From a virus: a stretch of DNA of 64,000 nucleotides. The translations under genes and the position numbers were made by a program. The stretch is from positions 1-64,000 of the IMG/VR virus record IMGVR_UViG_3300010222_000002. One strand, written 5' to 3'. Below the pieces are notes generated by a model. That model made no database searches, was not told the DNA's origin, and saw nothing but the letters and a program-made list of their open reading frames with translations. Shown here piece after piece: positions 1 through 8,743 of this stretch; the stretch's first letter is position 1; each line of letters starts with the position of its first letter.

Positions 1-77
1 TGGCCGTCTTCGAGGATTCCGTTGTTGTCTTCGTGACCGATACGGCTGATGCTGGGGTACTTCTTGAGTTCCGTCAT
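1..77 (-). CDS. partial CDS (first 25 codons only; the rest lies left of the window), possibly RNA-ligase-like
   Basis: ATG at 75-77 on the minus strand opens MTELKKYPSISRIGHEDNNGILEDG and runs off the window edge. The KYP-x-I N-terminus recalls phage RNA ligases, but 25 aa is too short to decide. Confidence 0.3.
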   Translation of the reverse strand, partial: MTELKKYPSISRIGHEDNNGILEDG

Positions 78-89
78 TTGTAATTTGGA

Positions 90-248
90 CTAATCGTTTT
101 GTTTCGACTCGATAAGGGCGCGTGTCTGGTTCGGGTGTCGCCGAGCCAACTCTAACTGCTGTTCCATAGGTAGTTCTTCAGCACAATTGAGAACCTGTTC
201 GTCTCCGAGGGTCTGACGCATCGTCAACAGCGCCAGACCTTCGGCCAT
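90..248 (-). CDS. small hypothetical protein (52 aa)
   Basis: ATG ORF translated by hand (MAEGLALLTMRQTLGDEQVLNCAEELPMEQQLELARRHPNQTRALIESKQND). It is below the 60-aa track cutoff and co-oriented with its neighbours. Confidence 0.3.
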   Translation of the reverse strand: MAEGLALLTMRQTLGDEQVLNCAEELPMEQQLELARRHPNQTRALIESKQND

Positions 249-353
249 ATTCCTAAATAGTGTGAAAATTGTTCGATTAAAATGGGTCCGAGCAGTCTTT
301 GATTACAATCCACAGTTCACGCTCTTCAGGTGGATGTGGTCAGCCATGACTCA

Positions 354-761
354 TTAGCCGAGTATTGAGTCTTTTGCTTCGGTCCAAGAACCATATCTTT
401 CCCTAAAAACTTCATAAGAAGGGACTCCGTTTTCCCTCCAGTCTTTGTATTCATTTACACTTGGTTCTGTGCCGTTTTCGATAACAAATCTACGAAATGC
501 TTTTTCACAATCTTCTTTTGAGTATTTAGTCGAGTGTTCAGTAGCGTGTTCTGATTGGGTCATTAACTCAAGATTTTCCAATCTATTATCCCAAGGAACG
601 CCATTTCTATGATGAATTATTTTTCCTTTGAGTTCATCCATCGTATGTTTCATCAGAGCGAGTAACCGATGGTGACGAAATATTTTGGTTTTTCCATTTA
701 CTTTTACAGCAAATCGCTCGTGACCTCTTGCTTTGTTGTGCCCGAGTTTCGGTCCAGTCAT
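354..761 (-). CDS. HNH homing endonuclease
   Basis: HHRNGVPWDNRLENLELMTQSEH is an H-N-H core. The C-terminal GTEPSVNEY...YGSWTEAK resembles the helical repeat often attached to homing endonucleases. It lies directly beside polB. Confidence 0.8.
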   Translation of the reverse strand: MTGPKLGHNKARGHERFAVKVNGKTKIFRHHRLLALMKHTMDELKGKIIHHRNGVPWDNRLENLELMTQSEHATEHSTKYSKEDCEKAFRRFVIENGTEPSVNEYKDWRENGVPSYEVFRERYGSWTEAKDSILG

Positions 762-763
762 TA

Positions 764-1180
764 TTACATGAACGCCCCCAGTTCGGCGTTATCTCCGGCA
801 AGAGTTTCTGGTAATTCCTCGTTACGGATGAACGCATTGAGTTCTGCCCCGTGGCTGAGGTCAATTTCACGCCAAGAGCAGTCGCGTTTCTTACTGGGAC
901 CTGAAGATTGGTCAGAGTGCTTTTTGAGATAGACACCATCAAAGACTGTGTACCGTTCTGTGTCGTCGTTGTAGAAGATGAAATCTACATCATCTCCCAT
1001 CTTTACAACCAGCCGTTCTATGAACGACGCCATATCCCTATGAGCGTATTGCTTTGCGACAAGAACGTAGTCGTCATCCATGAACCGGATGCCGTATCCG
1101 ATTGTTCCGAAGGCGTCTTCGAATTGTTTTACTTCACTAAACCCCATTTCTATCAGTTCTCGGCAAGCTTCGTGAATCAT
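764..1180 (-). CDS. hypothetical protein (138 aa)
   Basis: Track ORF 764..1219, trimmed to the ATG at 1178-1180 (MIHEACRELIEMGF...), which begins 3 nt after the polB stop codon. Acidic composition. Confidence 0.55.
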   Translation of the reverse strand: MIHEACRELIEMGFSEVKQFEDAFGTIGYGIRFMDDDYVLVAKQYAHRDMASFIERLVVKMGDDVDFIFYNDDTERYTVFDGVYLKKHSDQSSGPSKKRDCSWREIDLSHGAELNAFIRNEELPETLAGDNAELGAFM

Positions 1181-1182
1181 TG

Positions 1183-4100
1183 TTACATGAAGGCAGACAG
1201 GCCGCTTTGACTCTGGCACTGTCCACGAAGCGCGGCCTCAGTCTCGACCCCGAAGGCGTCCAGAATATCTTCCATCGGATTCTTGAGACACTTTCGTTGC
1301 ATCTCACTGGCGTCTATCTTCAGGTCCACATCGATAAGGTCGCGGTGGGAGTCAAAGGCTATCACATCGACCTGCTCACCGTTGACCGTCTGACGAGGCT
1401 TGACCTTTGCTCTCTTTGGCTTGTCCCCCTTCTCGAATTTCACATCGAGAAGGTGGTTGGCAAACCACGCCGCCCGAGGCGCTTCACCCCGTGGGTGGTC
1501 GCCGGTCGAGGACCATGAGTAATAGTCATCTTGGTCTGATTTATCGGGATCTATCTTTTGCCCGAGGCCCTGCGGAATACCGAGGTAATCCCAGTCCGGG
1601 TCGGCGGGGTCGATTGACGACGATGCTTCGTAGACTGTCTCGACCACTGCGCCCTTATCGGCTCCACGGACTATCTGTTCGAGAACTTCTTCCTGAACCT
1701 CCTTCGTCATTAAGGAGAAGTTCGATTTCACGCACTGGAAGCCGGTCACGTCGAACTTACCCTCACCGCCGTTCACTGTTTCACTGAACTCATCGCCCTC
1801 GTCCCACATTTTGAGGTAGGCATAGTTCTTTTTCTTGTCTTCGCACATGAAGAAACGTTCAGCCCGCATCTCAACTTCAATCTCCCACCGATTGTCCTCA
1901 CGGGGGATGTGGAACTCGTCGCAGAGTTCGGGATAGACCTGACGTTCCAGCTCTTCGCACAGTTTCTCGGCATAGGCCAGCGTGTACTGCTGGTCCCAAT
2001 TGCCCGGAAACTCTACATAATTGCTGTCGGTGTCGCCGTAGACCACCTCTACGCCGTCAACAGCGTTCTCTGAGATGTACCCGGCGGTCCCTTTGATGAC
2101 TCGCTGGCCGGTAAGGGTGACAGCCGCCGCGTCGTGTGGGTTGTAGAGCGGCGAACGTGCCCACCCCGAATAACCGTAAAATGATTGACCTGTCCACGAC
2201 ATGATACCATCACGGCCACACAGCATCGTGTGGTTGTCCTCCACCGTGATGCAATACACTCCTTCGTTGGACCCGGATTCGCGGCGCTCCGACGAGCGGT
2301 TCATGCGGAAGTGGTTGTTTGCTTCGTTCCAACGTACTCGGTAGCCATTCCATGATTCTTCCTCGTGGTAGCGGACGTTCTGCCCGAACTCTACGGCGAG
2401 CCGCATGAAGTCGTCTCGTAGGTCCTCAGACTTCGTAGTGTAACGGTCCTGTCCTTCGGCTCCGTCTCCAGCGATAAGCGTGTTGAACAGGAGCCGCTTC
2501 TGCTCGGGACTGAGGCTCCACACGAACTCTGGAAGGCGCTTGTTCTCGGAGCCGGACCCGCACAGGTCTTCGAGCAGGTCGCCAAGGATGCGGCTGGTGA
2601 ACGACAACTGCATCTGGTCTTCATTGTAGTCCAACCCACACCGTTCGAGAACATCACGCACTGCTGGCCTGTCACCGGCTTCCCGTTGAGCTATTTGGAC
2701 TATCACACTGTATTCTTGCCGACCAACGCAACCTTCCGTAGCGTACCACGCCAGCAGTTCCACGAAGGCGTCACCGTCGTAGAACGTGGGGACGAACTTC
2801 CGGTTGCGAGCCGAGTGGACCTCCGTCGTTCGGTCTTCGCACATCTTCTCGATGACGTGTTGAGCATCGAGGTAGTCATCAGCGGAGATGAAGTACCCAC
2901 CTGTGTTGTCGTCGTACTCAGCCTCTACGTGGTCGGGAATGTTAGACTGGAACGTACGTCCGTGAACCTCTGGATAGACTCGAACTTCACCACCGCCAAT
3001 AATTTCTTCTTCAGCAATGCTGAACCAGTCCATTCCCGTCCCGTGGATGTCCGGGTTAGACCCGACAGCGGTGGGCATCTCATAGCCAGCCGACTTCGTA
3101 AGTTCTCCTGCCTCTACGAACTGGTATTTTTCTTCCTTGACATACCCATCGCGCTGTCTGACGACAGTTCGGTGATTCGGGGTAAGCGTCTGGCTGATGT
3201 TCGTAGTGTCTATCTCGATAAGGTCGCCGTCGTACTCCGGGTAGGAGAACGTTTCAGTCACTTCCTTGAGTTCTACTCGTCCGGTATCAGGGTCCAGCGA
3301 ATAGACTTTATCACCAACCTCCACGTCCTTGATGTTGACTACCCCATCGGCGGTCATCACTTCATGGTCGCCAGTAACACAGTTATATATTGTTTTTGTG
3401 ACATTATACGCCTCGGCGTACTCTTCCCACAGATCAGTGCCGTACTCGGCGGAGTTCCGTTGTTGCTTGAACTCGCGCTTGACTTCGTGGTACTCGTCAA
3501 CAAGCTCGCGGATGATGCCGTCCTTATCGGTACGGAACCGCTGACCGTTCTCGGCTTCTACGTAGTCGAACTTACCGTCGCCGCCGTCACGACGACCAAT
3601 TTCGTCTATCATCGCGTGCCACTCGGTCGTCCCCTGCTCGGCCTCTATCCGGGTGTCAGGCGAGGCGTTGAGCATCCACTGCGTCATTGGGTAGAGGCTG
3701 GCGAGGTCCACGCCGCAGACGTTTTCTTTGACCCCGGAGAACGATGGGAAGACGTATGCTCCTTCGTAGTTCACGCCGTCATCAGCGTTCGCCACGTAGG
3801 GATTATCGTAGGCCGTTATCATGGCGAGATCGTGTTCGTGGCACTTCCGGCGAACAGACATTTCGATGAACTCGTTGTTCTCGTGCGTCCGTCGCCAGTC
3901 CACGCCCACCATGTCCTTCAGCCGCTTCTTGAAGCCGAGGACGTTCTCTTTCTCGTTTATCTCGACGGTAAGCCGAGTGTCTTTGACGTTGTAGTTGATG
4001 AACTTCACCGGGTCCTGATCGTACATCTCAAAGTAGCCCATCTCCTGATGCTCGATTTTCGTGTCATCGAGTACGTCAGCGGCTACGTCGTCCAGCTTGA

Positions 4101-5124
4101 ACGACCGGGGTTGCGTAAACTTGGTGTCGCCCCAGCCGTCCATCAGGTCGTAGAGCGCCCGGCCAGTAATCTCGGGAATAAAGTCGTCGCCGTAGCCGTC
4201 TACTTCGACTTCTCCTTCTCGGGACAGTCGGGCAGGGGAAGCACCCACTGACTTCATCCGCTCGATGATGTGTGGCAGGTCGAAGCCGTCCGTACTGCTG
4301 TCACCCGAGTTCCAGCCAGCGATCAGGTCCGGGTTCTTGCCCTGTACCCACGACCCGAAGGCCACGAGCATCCGGCGCTCGTTGGGTTCGAACTTCAGAG
4401 CATCCGGTTCATGGAGGCCGAGGTCATCCAGCCCGAAGTCTTCATCTTCGTTTGCCATCTTCGCCCGCTGGACCGGCGAGAGGTCGAAGAACGACTCCAT
4501 GCTCTCGCCGTCGAGGTCGAGGAAGGCGGTGTACTCGTCATCGTAGGAATCGTGAACAACGATGCTCAGAATCCGGGCCTCACCGGGATCGGGGAAGCCA
4601 GCGCCCCGGTCGTCAGTCTCTATGTCCAGCGTGAGAACACGGGGGTCCACATCGGTCATCTCGACCGGCTCAAGTTCATCGCGGTCAGCGATGATGTGAT
4701 CGTCGCGGCGAGTTTCCGTTGGAACACGAACGCCGGTTCTGATTTTTTCGTCAACCCGGAACCGTTCGGTGAAGATGGTGTCAGCGCCCCACGTCTTGTC
4801 GAAGTATTTCCGAAGGACGGGAACGGAGTGGGGATACTCCGTGACGACCTTCACGAGGTCGGTGGGATTATCATCGAACCGCTCCGACAGCGGGTCTTCA
4901 TCTACCTCTTCGTACTCGATAAGGTCTTCGTGGTCCGACGGCTGGACGGTATCCCCTTCTTCTGCTCGGGTGAGGAAGTAGGGACTGAAACCAGTGACCG
5001 TAACCGTCCGAGCTTCGTGGTCCCGATTCCTGCCGTACAACCGAACGACAACGGAACTGAAATCGGTGTCTCCGGGGTACATCGTCTCGGTCGTGGTGAT
5101 GTAGAGTTCTTCTGTTTCTGTCAT
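1183..5124 (-). CDS. polB: family B DNA polymerase, interrupted by an intein
   Basis: Exo I LTLDIETDD, NYNVKDT, motif A DLASLYP, motif B KTIYN / SFYGY split by the intein, motif C VYGDTDS. The start is set at ATG 5122-5124 (MTETEELY..., ATGA overlap with the upstream ORF). The basic 29-aa extension to 5211 is not used. Confidence 0.93.
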   Translation of the reverse strand: MTETEELYITTTETMYPGDTDFSSVVVRLYGRNRDHEARTVTVTGFSPYFLTRAEEGDTVQPSDHEDLIEYEEVDEDPLSERFDDNPTDLVKVVTEYPHSVPVLRKYFDKTWGADTIFTERFRVDEKIRTGVRVPTETRRDDHIIADRDELEPVEMTDVDPRVLTLDIETDDRGAGFPDPGEARILSIVVHDSYDDEYTAFLDLDGESMESFFDLSPVQRAKMANEDEDFGLDDLGLHEPDALKFEPNERRMLVAFGSWVQGKNPDLIAGWNSGDSSTDGFDLPHIIERMKSVGASPARLSREGEVEVDGYGDDFIPEITGRALYDLMDGWGDTKFTQPRSFKLDDVAADVLDDTKIEHQEMGYFEMYDQDPVKFINYNVKDTRLTVEINEKENVLGFKKRLKDMVGVDWRRTHENNEFIEMSVRRKCHEHDLAMITAYDNPYVANADDGVNYEGAYVFPSFSGVKENVCGVDLASLYPMTQWMLNASPDTRIEAEQGTTEWHAMIDEIGRRDGGDGKFDYVEAENGQRFRTDKDGIIRELVDEYHEVKREFKQQRNSAEYGTDLWEEYAEAYNVTKTIYNCVTGDHEVMTADGVVNIKDVEVGDKVYSLDPDTGRVELKEVTETFSYPEYDGDLIEIDTTNISQTLTPNHRTVVRQRDGYVKEEKYQFVEAGELTKSAGYEMPTAVGSNPDIHGTGMDWFSIAEEEIIGGGEVRVYPEVHGRTFQSNIPDHVEAEYDDNTGGYFISADDYLDAQHVIEKMCEDRTTEVHSARNRKFVPTFYDGDAFVELLAWYATEGCVGRQEYSVIVQIAQREAGDRPAVRDVLERCGLDYNEDQMQLSFTSRILGDLLEDLCGSGSENKRLPEFVWSLSPEQKRLLFNTLIAGDGAEGQDRYTTKSEDLRDDFMRLAVEFGQNVRYHEEESWNGYRVRWNEANNHFRMNRSSERRESGSNEGVYCITVEDNHTMLCGRDGIMSWTGQSFYGYSGWARSPLYNPHDAAAVTLTGQRVIKGTAGYISENAVDGVEVVYGDTDSNYVEFPGNWDQQYTLAYAEKLCEELERQVYPELCDEFHIPREDNRWEIEVEMRAERFFMCEDKKKNYAYLKMWDEGDEFSETVNGGEGKFDVTGFQCVKSNFSLMTKEVQEEVLEQIVRGADKGAVVETVYEASSSIDPADPDWDYLGIPQGLGQKIDPDKSDQDDYYSWSSTGDHPRGEAPRAAWFANHLLDVKFEKGDKPKRAKVKPRQTVNGEQVDVIAFDSHRDLIDVDLKIDASEMQRKCLKNPMEDILDAFGVETEAALRGQCQSQSGLSAFM
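2185..3381 (-). mobile_element. intein (399 aa) with LAGLIDADG endonuclease domain, inserted in polB motif B
   Basis: It starts with Cys (CVTGDHEVMT). Block B is TLTPNHR. LAGLIDADG motifs are LLAWYATEGC and LIAGDGAEG. Block F is VYCITVEDNHTMLC. It ends ...SWTGQ, followed by Ser+1. Removing it restores K-T-I-Y-N-S-F-Y-G. Confidence 0.85.
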
Positions 5125-5288
5125 TGATGGATTAACTTTGATGATTGCTCCACTTCTTCCGGAGACTTGCTCAGTTCTTTTTCGACGTAGAACTCTGCAA
5201 GGCAGTCCCAATCGCAGAAAATCCCACCGCCGTAAGTGACGTAGGTGCCACGTTCAGCGGTGTCAGATTCACAGTAGACGCAGGTCAT
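5121..5288 (-). CDS. small zinc-finger protein (55 aa, CxxC...FCxxxC)
   Basis: Hand-translated ORF not in the track: MTCVYCESDTAERGTYVTYGGGIFCDWDCLAEFYVEKELSKSPEEVEQSSKLIHQ. Its TGA overlaps the polB ATG (ATGA). Confidence 0.5.
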   Translation of the reverse strand: MTCVYCESDTAERGTYVTYGGGIFCDWDCLAEFYVEKELSKSPEEVEQSSKLIHQ

Positions 5289-5296
5289 GGCGCTTC

Positions 5297-5437
5297 TCAG
5301 TCTTCGTACCAGCCGGGACAGGTGACGCTCACCGTACTGTACGGATCGTGTTGTTCATCACGCTGTTCAGTGCCACACAGAGGACACTCATCTGGCTCTT
5401 CATCTTCGCTCCAGTTGCCGCACTTGTAGATGACCAT
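5297..5437 (-). CDS. small zinc-ribbon-like protein (46 aa)
   Basis: Track ORF trimmed to MVIYKCGNWSEDEEPDECPLCGTEQ..., whose ATG (5435-5437) overlaps the upstream stop as ATGA. Confidence 0.45.
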   Translation of the reverse strand: MVIYKCGNWSEDEEPDECPLCGTEQRDEQHDPYSTVSVTCPGWYED

Positions 5438-5814
5438 CAGTTTGTCACCTCGATAGCCGAGCGTTCCCATGTGCAGAAAGCCTCGCTCTGGAGATCTACA
5501 CAATTCACCGTAGCTTTCTTTCCGCGACCACTGATAGTGTGAAGATAGTTCTTCTCAGAGAACTGACTCGCTTCCATCGTCAGCACTTTCTCTTTACCCA
5601 ACACTACCAACTCTCCGACACCATTCAGTAGACCATCTACTGCCCCGTTTGGAACTGCTACTTTTCCTTCTGCCAGCGAAGTTTTCTTTTTCATCACAAT
5701 TGCCCGCCGACCGAGATTCTTGTTCCGTCCGATGAACCCGATTACTTCTTCGCTACGGATGGGGTGACTGATCGTACTTTTTAGCTTCAGTGCCGGTTTG
5801 ATGCTTGGATACAT
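5437..5814 (-). CDS. hypothetical protein (125 aa)
   Basis: Track ORF in the same operon-like chain; no motif recognised. Confidence 0.5.
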   Translation of the reverse strand: MYPSIKPALKLKSTISHPIRSEEVIGFIGRNKNLGRRAIVMKKKTSLAEGKVAVPNGAVDGLLNGVGELVVLGKEKVLTMEASQFSEKNYLHTISGRGKKATVNCVDLQSEAFCTWERSAIEVTN

Positions 5815-5816
5815 TG

Positions 5817-5981
5817 TTATTGATCCTCGATTGTTTTACGAATTTCTCGAACTTCGTTGCGGCTCTGTTCATCCAGCGCGAGCGGATCTTCTCGTGTCGC
5901 TCCTTCTGCCATTTTCAGCAGGCTGTTGAGCTTCGATTGCTGGCTGTCAGAAAGGGCGTCAGAGGTGGTTTGAATAGACAT
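5817..5981 (-). CDS. small hypothetical protein (54 aa)
   Basis: Hand-translated MSIQTTSDALSDSQQSKLNSLLKMAEGATREDPLALDEQSRNEVREIRKTIEDQ. The ATG is preceded by GGGACACAACC-AACT (box at 5986-5996). Confidence 0.45.
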   Translation of the reverse strand: MSIQTTSDALSDSQQSKLNSLLKMAEGATREDPLALDEQSRNEVREIRKTIEDQ

Positions 5982-6105
5982 AGTTGGTTGTGTCCCGCCA
6001 CCTCAGTCTCGCTGACTGGGGACGGTTTCGGGACACCGGAGAATACTCTCCGTTATAGGACTCAAAGCTCTATGCTTTAATTCTTTTTATCTGCAAGTGT
6101 CGTAC

Positions 6106-6273
6106 CTACCTGTCACCGTCAGTCTGTCGTCTAATTCTTTCTGCTACTGCTTTTCGTCGGTCGCGGGTCATCAGTGGGTCTGATACGTTCACCACGTCAG
6201 TTTCGAGAAGGGTCACGAGTTTTTCGATGGTGTCGGTACGAAGCTCTACGGTCTTTGTCTCAGGCATTGGCAT
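6106..6273 (-). CDS. small hypothetical protein (55 aa), possibly ribbon-helix-helix
   Basis: Hand-translated MPMPETKTVELRTDTIEKLVTLLETDVV...; ATGA overlap with the upstream stop at 6273. Confidence 0.4.
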   Translation of the reverse strand: MPMPETKTVELRTDTIEKLVTLLETDVVNVSDPLMTRDRRKAVAERIRRQTDGDR

Positions 6274-6503
6274 CAGTCGGTTTGTTCTTCAGGTAACGGA
6301 CCGCAGAGAACCATTGCATCCCCTTCTCCAGTAGTAGACTTTTCAGGCGATGGGTCTTGGGGGAGAACATTCGTCAACGGCTGGACGATAGTATCGCCGT
6401 CTTCTCCGTAGGCCATTATCTCAACTTGAGCATCTGGCTTTTTGTCTCGTAGTGCTACTCTTAGGTCACGAACTGTGTATTCGATATATTCTGGTCTTGG
6501 CAT
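6273..6503 (-). CDS. hypothetical protein (76 aa)
   Basis: Track ORF, acidic, co-oriented. Confidence 0.55.
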   Translation of the reverse strand: MPRPEYIEYTVRDLRVALRDKKPDAQVEIMAYGEDGDTIVQPLTNVLPQDPSPEKSTTGEGDAMVLCGPLPEEQTD

Positions 6504-6510
6504 TGGTTAG

Positions 6511-6705
6511 TTAGGGACGCTGGTTGAAGTGTAGGTAGTACCGGGCGATCCCTTCCGGCGCATCAGGGTCTTCGTGAACGTCGTAGATTTTTCTGAGGCG
6601 AACGTCGGTTCCTCGGCCCGTCTTCTCTATCACTGCCTCTACTCCACAGTCACAGACAGGACAGGTATCGTTCTCGGTTAGGTTTCGGAAGCCGTCAGTC
6701 TTCAT
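6511..6705 (-). CDS. small Cys-containing protein (64 aa)
   Basis: Track ORF trimmed to MKTDGFRNLTENDTCPVCDCGVEAV... (ATG 6703-6705, ATGA overlap with the stop of the nuclease gene). Confidence 0.5.
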   Translation of the reverse strand: MKTDGFRNLTENDTCPVCDCGVEAVIEKTGRGTDVRLRKIYDVHEDPDAPEGIARYYLHFNQRP

Positions 6706-7703
6706 AGGCCCTCGGTCGAAGGACAGACATTGTAGAACCAACACATCCCGTCGCCCCAGTGACAGAGGTTCTGCGGTTCGAAGTCGAAGTTTTCGGGGAC
6801 GCCTTGTTCGTCCAGTTCACCGGGCCGCTCCTGCATCCCAAGCACCGCCTTCTTGATGTCGAATCGGCGTTCTTTCACGCCGTATTCCCCGACCACTAAT
6901 TCGTCGTTCTTGGGATAGTAGATTGCCACGGCGTCGATGTCGTAAACGTGTTCGGCCATCCAGCCATAGTATTCGCACTCAAGGAACACTTCGTCCATCA
7001 CATCATCGAGGAACGGAGCGCCCTCGTACTTCACCTTCGGACAGGAGCCGGTCTTGTAGTCGAGAATGGTGACACCCGAGCCGGTCACGCCGGGAACGCT
7101 GGCGCTGTTGAGAATAACGTCAGCTTTACCCATCCACGGGATGTCACCGATAGGAGGCCCATCGGGGTTAACGTAGTCAGGATCGCCCTCATAGCCGTTT
7201 GGTGGCTCTCCGAGCCAAAACTCAGCTTCGACTTCCAGCGGTTCCCACGCCCTCACCGTTGCCTCACTGTCGAGGTCGAGGTCGCGGGTCGGGAGCCGGG
7301 CGGCGGCGAAGTCGTAGGTGCGCTCTGTCTCGTTCCAACGACGTTCCTCAAATTTCCAGAACGATTGTAGATATTCTAACCATTGTGTCTCATTACCAGT
7401 GTTGGGTATTAGTGGTGTGAAACGTTCAGGCTTGTCGCCGTTCTCAGCGATGTATTCTTTCAGGTTTTCGTGGAACTTCTCGAAGATAAGATGGACACGA
7501 GAGCCACGTTCTGTCGCCATCGTACCGGGAGGTCGATGCTCTGCCCAATACTTCAGGTAGAATTTGAACGGACACTGCTTGTACGTCTTGATCCGCGACT
7601 TCGAGACGTAATCGAGTCCGTTTTCTCTTTTTTCGTCTGACGCTTCAAGTTCGGTTCCGGGGTCAATCCCAGCTAAGGTTGTATCAGTGTGTACTTCAGT
7701 CAT
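6702..7703 (-). CDS. PD-(D/E)XK nuclease, Cas4/RecB-like with Cys cluster
   Basis: N-terminal YKQCPFKFYLKYW, an ILDYKTG (D-x-K) motif, and C-terminal CHWGDGMCWFYNVC. This is the Cas4-type arrangement of one N-terminal and three C-terminal cysteines. Confidence 0.75.
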   Translation of the reverse strand: MTEVHTDTTLAGIDPGTELEASDEKRENGLDYVSKSRIKTYKQCPFKFYLKYWAEHRPPGTMATERGSRVHLIFEKFHENLKEYIAENGDKPERFTPLIPNTGNETQWLEYLQSFWKFEERRWNETERTYDFAAARLPTRDLDLDSEATVRAWEPLEVEAEFWLGEPPNGYEGDPDYVNPDGPPIGDIPWMGKADVILNSASVPGVTGSGVTILDYKTGSCPKVKYEGAPFLDDVMDEVFLECEYYGWMAEHVYDIDAVAIYYPKNDELVVGEYGVKERRFDIKKAVLGMQERPGELDEQGVPENFDFEPQNLCHWGDGMCWFYNVCPSTEGL

Positions 7704-7893
7704 TGTCTAAGTCGGACTCCATTTCCTCGACGTGTTCCGTAATGTCCATTGCGTTTTCACCATCGAACTCTACGACCACACGCCCGCTTTCTTTCTTCTT
7801 CATGGCGGCTCTGAAGAGCAACTTTCTGAGGTTTTCCCGACCGAGAGCGTGGAAGATGAAGGCCCATTGTTTGTTTTGTTCGGTTTCGCTCAT
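7696..7893 (-). CDS. hypothetical protein (65 aa)
   Basis: Track ORF; 8-nt overlap with the downstream gene. Confidence 0.5.
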   Translation of the reverse strand: MSETEQNKQWAFIFHALGRENLRKLLFRAAMKKKESGRVVVEFDGENAMDITEHVEEMESDLDND

Positions 7894-8045
7894 CGTTTAT
7901 TCATCACTCTGGATAGCTTTCTCGACCGTTGACTCCGTGGTTCGAAGTCCGGGGTTTCTTCGAGAAGGGCGGCAGTCTCCGAAATCTTTTGTTCGACACG
8001 AACGGCGACGGTTTCGATTTCTTTTTCCAGATCATTGTTCGTCAT
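7890..8045 (-). CDS. small hypothetical protein (51 aa)
   Basis: Hand-translated MTNNDLEKEIETVAVRVEQKISETAALLEETPDFEP...; ATGA overlap with the next gene. Confidence 0.35.
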   Translation of the reverse strand: MTNNDLEKEIETVAVRVEQKISETAALLEETPDFEPRSQRSRKLSRVMNKR

Positions 8046-8247
8046 CGAGCATTTCTCCCAGTTCTTTGAGCATCAGTGGGATGTCGTTCGTTGTGAAGAA
8101 CAACTTCAACTCCCACGTACTCAACTCTTCATCGAGTGCATCTCCTTCGAATTCTTCTTGAATCTCTCCGATTTCATTTTTCAGTTCCCGCGCCTGTTCC
8201 TCGTTCAGTAACCGCTGGAGAACGGTTTCGGTGTCAGTTTCGGTCAT
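8032..8247 (-). CDS. hypothetical acidic protein (71 aa)
   Basis: Track ORF trimmed to MTETDTETVLQRLL... (ATG 8245-8247). Confidence 0.5.
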   Translation of the reverse strand: MTETDTETVLQRLLNEEQARELKNEIGEIQEEFEGDALDEELSTWELKLFFTTNDIPLMLKELGEMLDDEQ

Positions 8248-8545
8248 AGTGGAGTCGTGCGCCGTTTTCCGCGTAGCCTGCAATGTCGATGTAGTTGTCT
8301 TCGTGATAGTGCCCCTCTGAGTTCCGCGCCACCTTCAACAGGATCATCATATTCGCCACGTCTTCTGCGTCTAAGAACTCCTCCGAGAAGCCGACATAGG
8401 CGTTCCACATCTCGGCAATCTTCTCGAAAGTGTCCTCGGGTTTGCCGTGAGCATCTGGACGTTCGTAGACCGCCCTGATCGCGTCTTCGAGAACGTACGT
8501 CGTGTCGTCTTCCGGCTCGCCAACGTCAGTCGTCGGATGGTCCAT
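8234..8545 (-). CDS. hypothetical protein (103 aa), helical; tentatively like small phage nucleotide-pyrophosphohydrolase-associated proteins
   Basis: Track ORF. ...DVANMMILLKVARNSEGHYHEDNYIDIAGYA resembles a conserved small phage protein pattern. This rests on memory only. Confidence 0.5.
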   Translation of the reverse strand: MDHPTTDVGEPEDDTTYVLEDAIRAVYERPDAHGKPEDTFEKIAEMWNAYVGFSEEFLDAEDVANMMILLKVARNSEGHYHEDNYIDIAGYAENGARLHYDRN

Positions 8546-8741
8546 TGATGATTACCTCTTGGTCTATCAGCTTCTCTTCGGGTTGGACGTGTTTCTTCTC
8601 TCCTTCGAGAACCACTTCTTCGATGGCTTCACCTACGTCCATCCGGCCAGTCTGTTGTTTTATCATCTCTTCCTCTTCTTCGCTAAAGTCGATCTCCCAC
8701 GTTCGAGTAGCTGTGACTGTGTATGTTTGTTTTTCTTCCAT
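8526..8741 (-). CDS. hypothetical acidic protein (71 aa)
   Basis: Track ORF. Confidence 0.5.
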   Translation of the reverse strand: MEEKQTYTVTATRTWEIDFSEEEEEMIKQQTGRMDVGEAIEEVVLEGEKKHVQPEEKLIDQEVIINGPSDD

Positions 8742-8743
8742 TT

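Noticed and set aside
2686-4251. 521-aa plus-strand ORF and other long ORFs antisense to clear genes. These include 4270-5127, 9035-9745, 11254-11973, 14671-15240, 17152-17820, 28034-28732, 33785-34402, 34760-35527, 46387-47274, 54983-55813, 55830-56543 and 60651-61253.
   Set aside because: Each lies entirely inside a gene with strong motifs or module context on the other strand. Their translations are Arg/Val/His-rich and non-acidic, unlike the rest of the proteome. These are typical shadow ORFs.
5125-5211. The N-terminal 29-aa extension of polB (MGLPCRVLRRKRTEQVSGRSGAIIKVNPS) given by the track.
   Set aside because: It is strongly basic in an acidic proteome and overlaps a well-formed 55-aa zinc-finger ORF in another frame. 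The ATG at 5122-5124 forms the ATGA junction typical of this genome.
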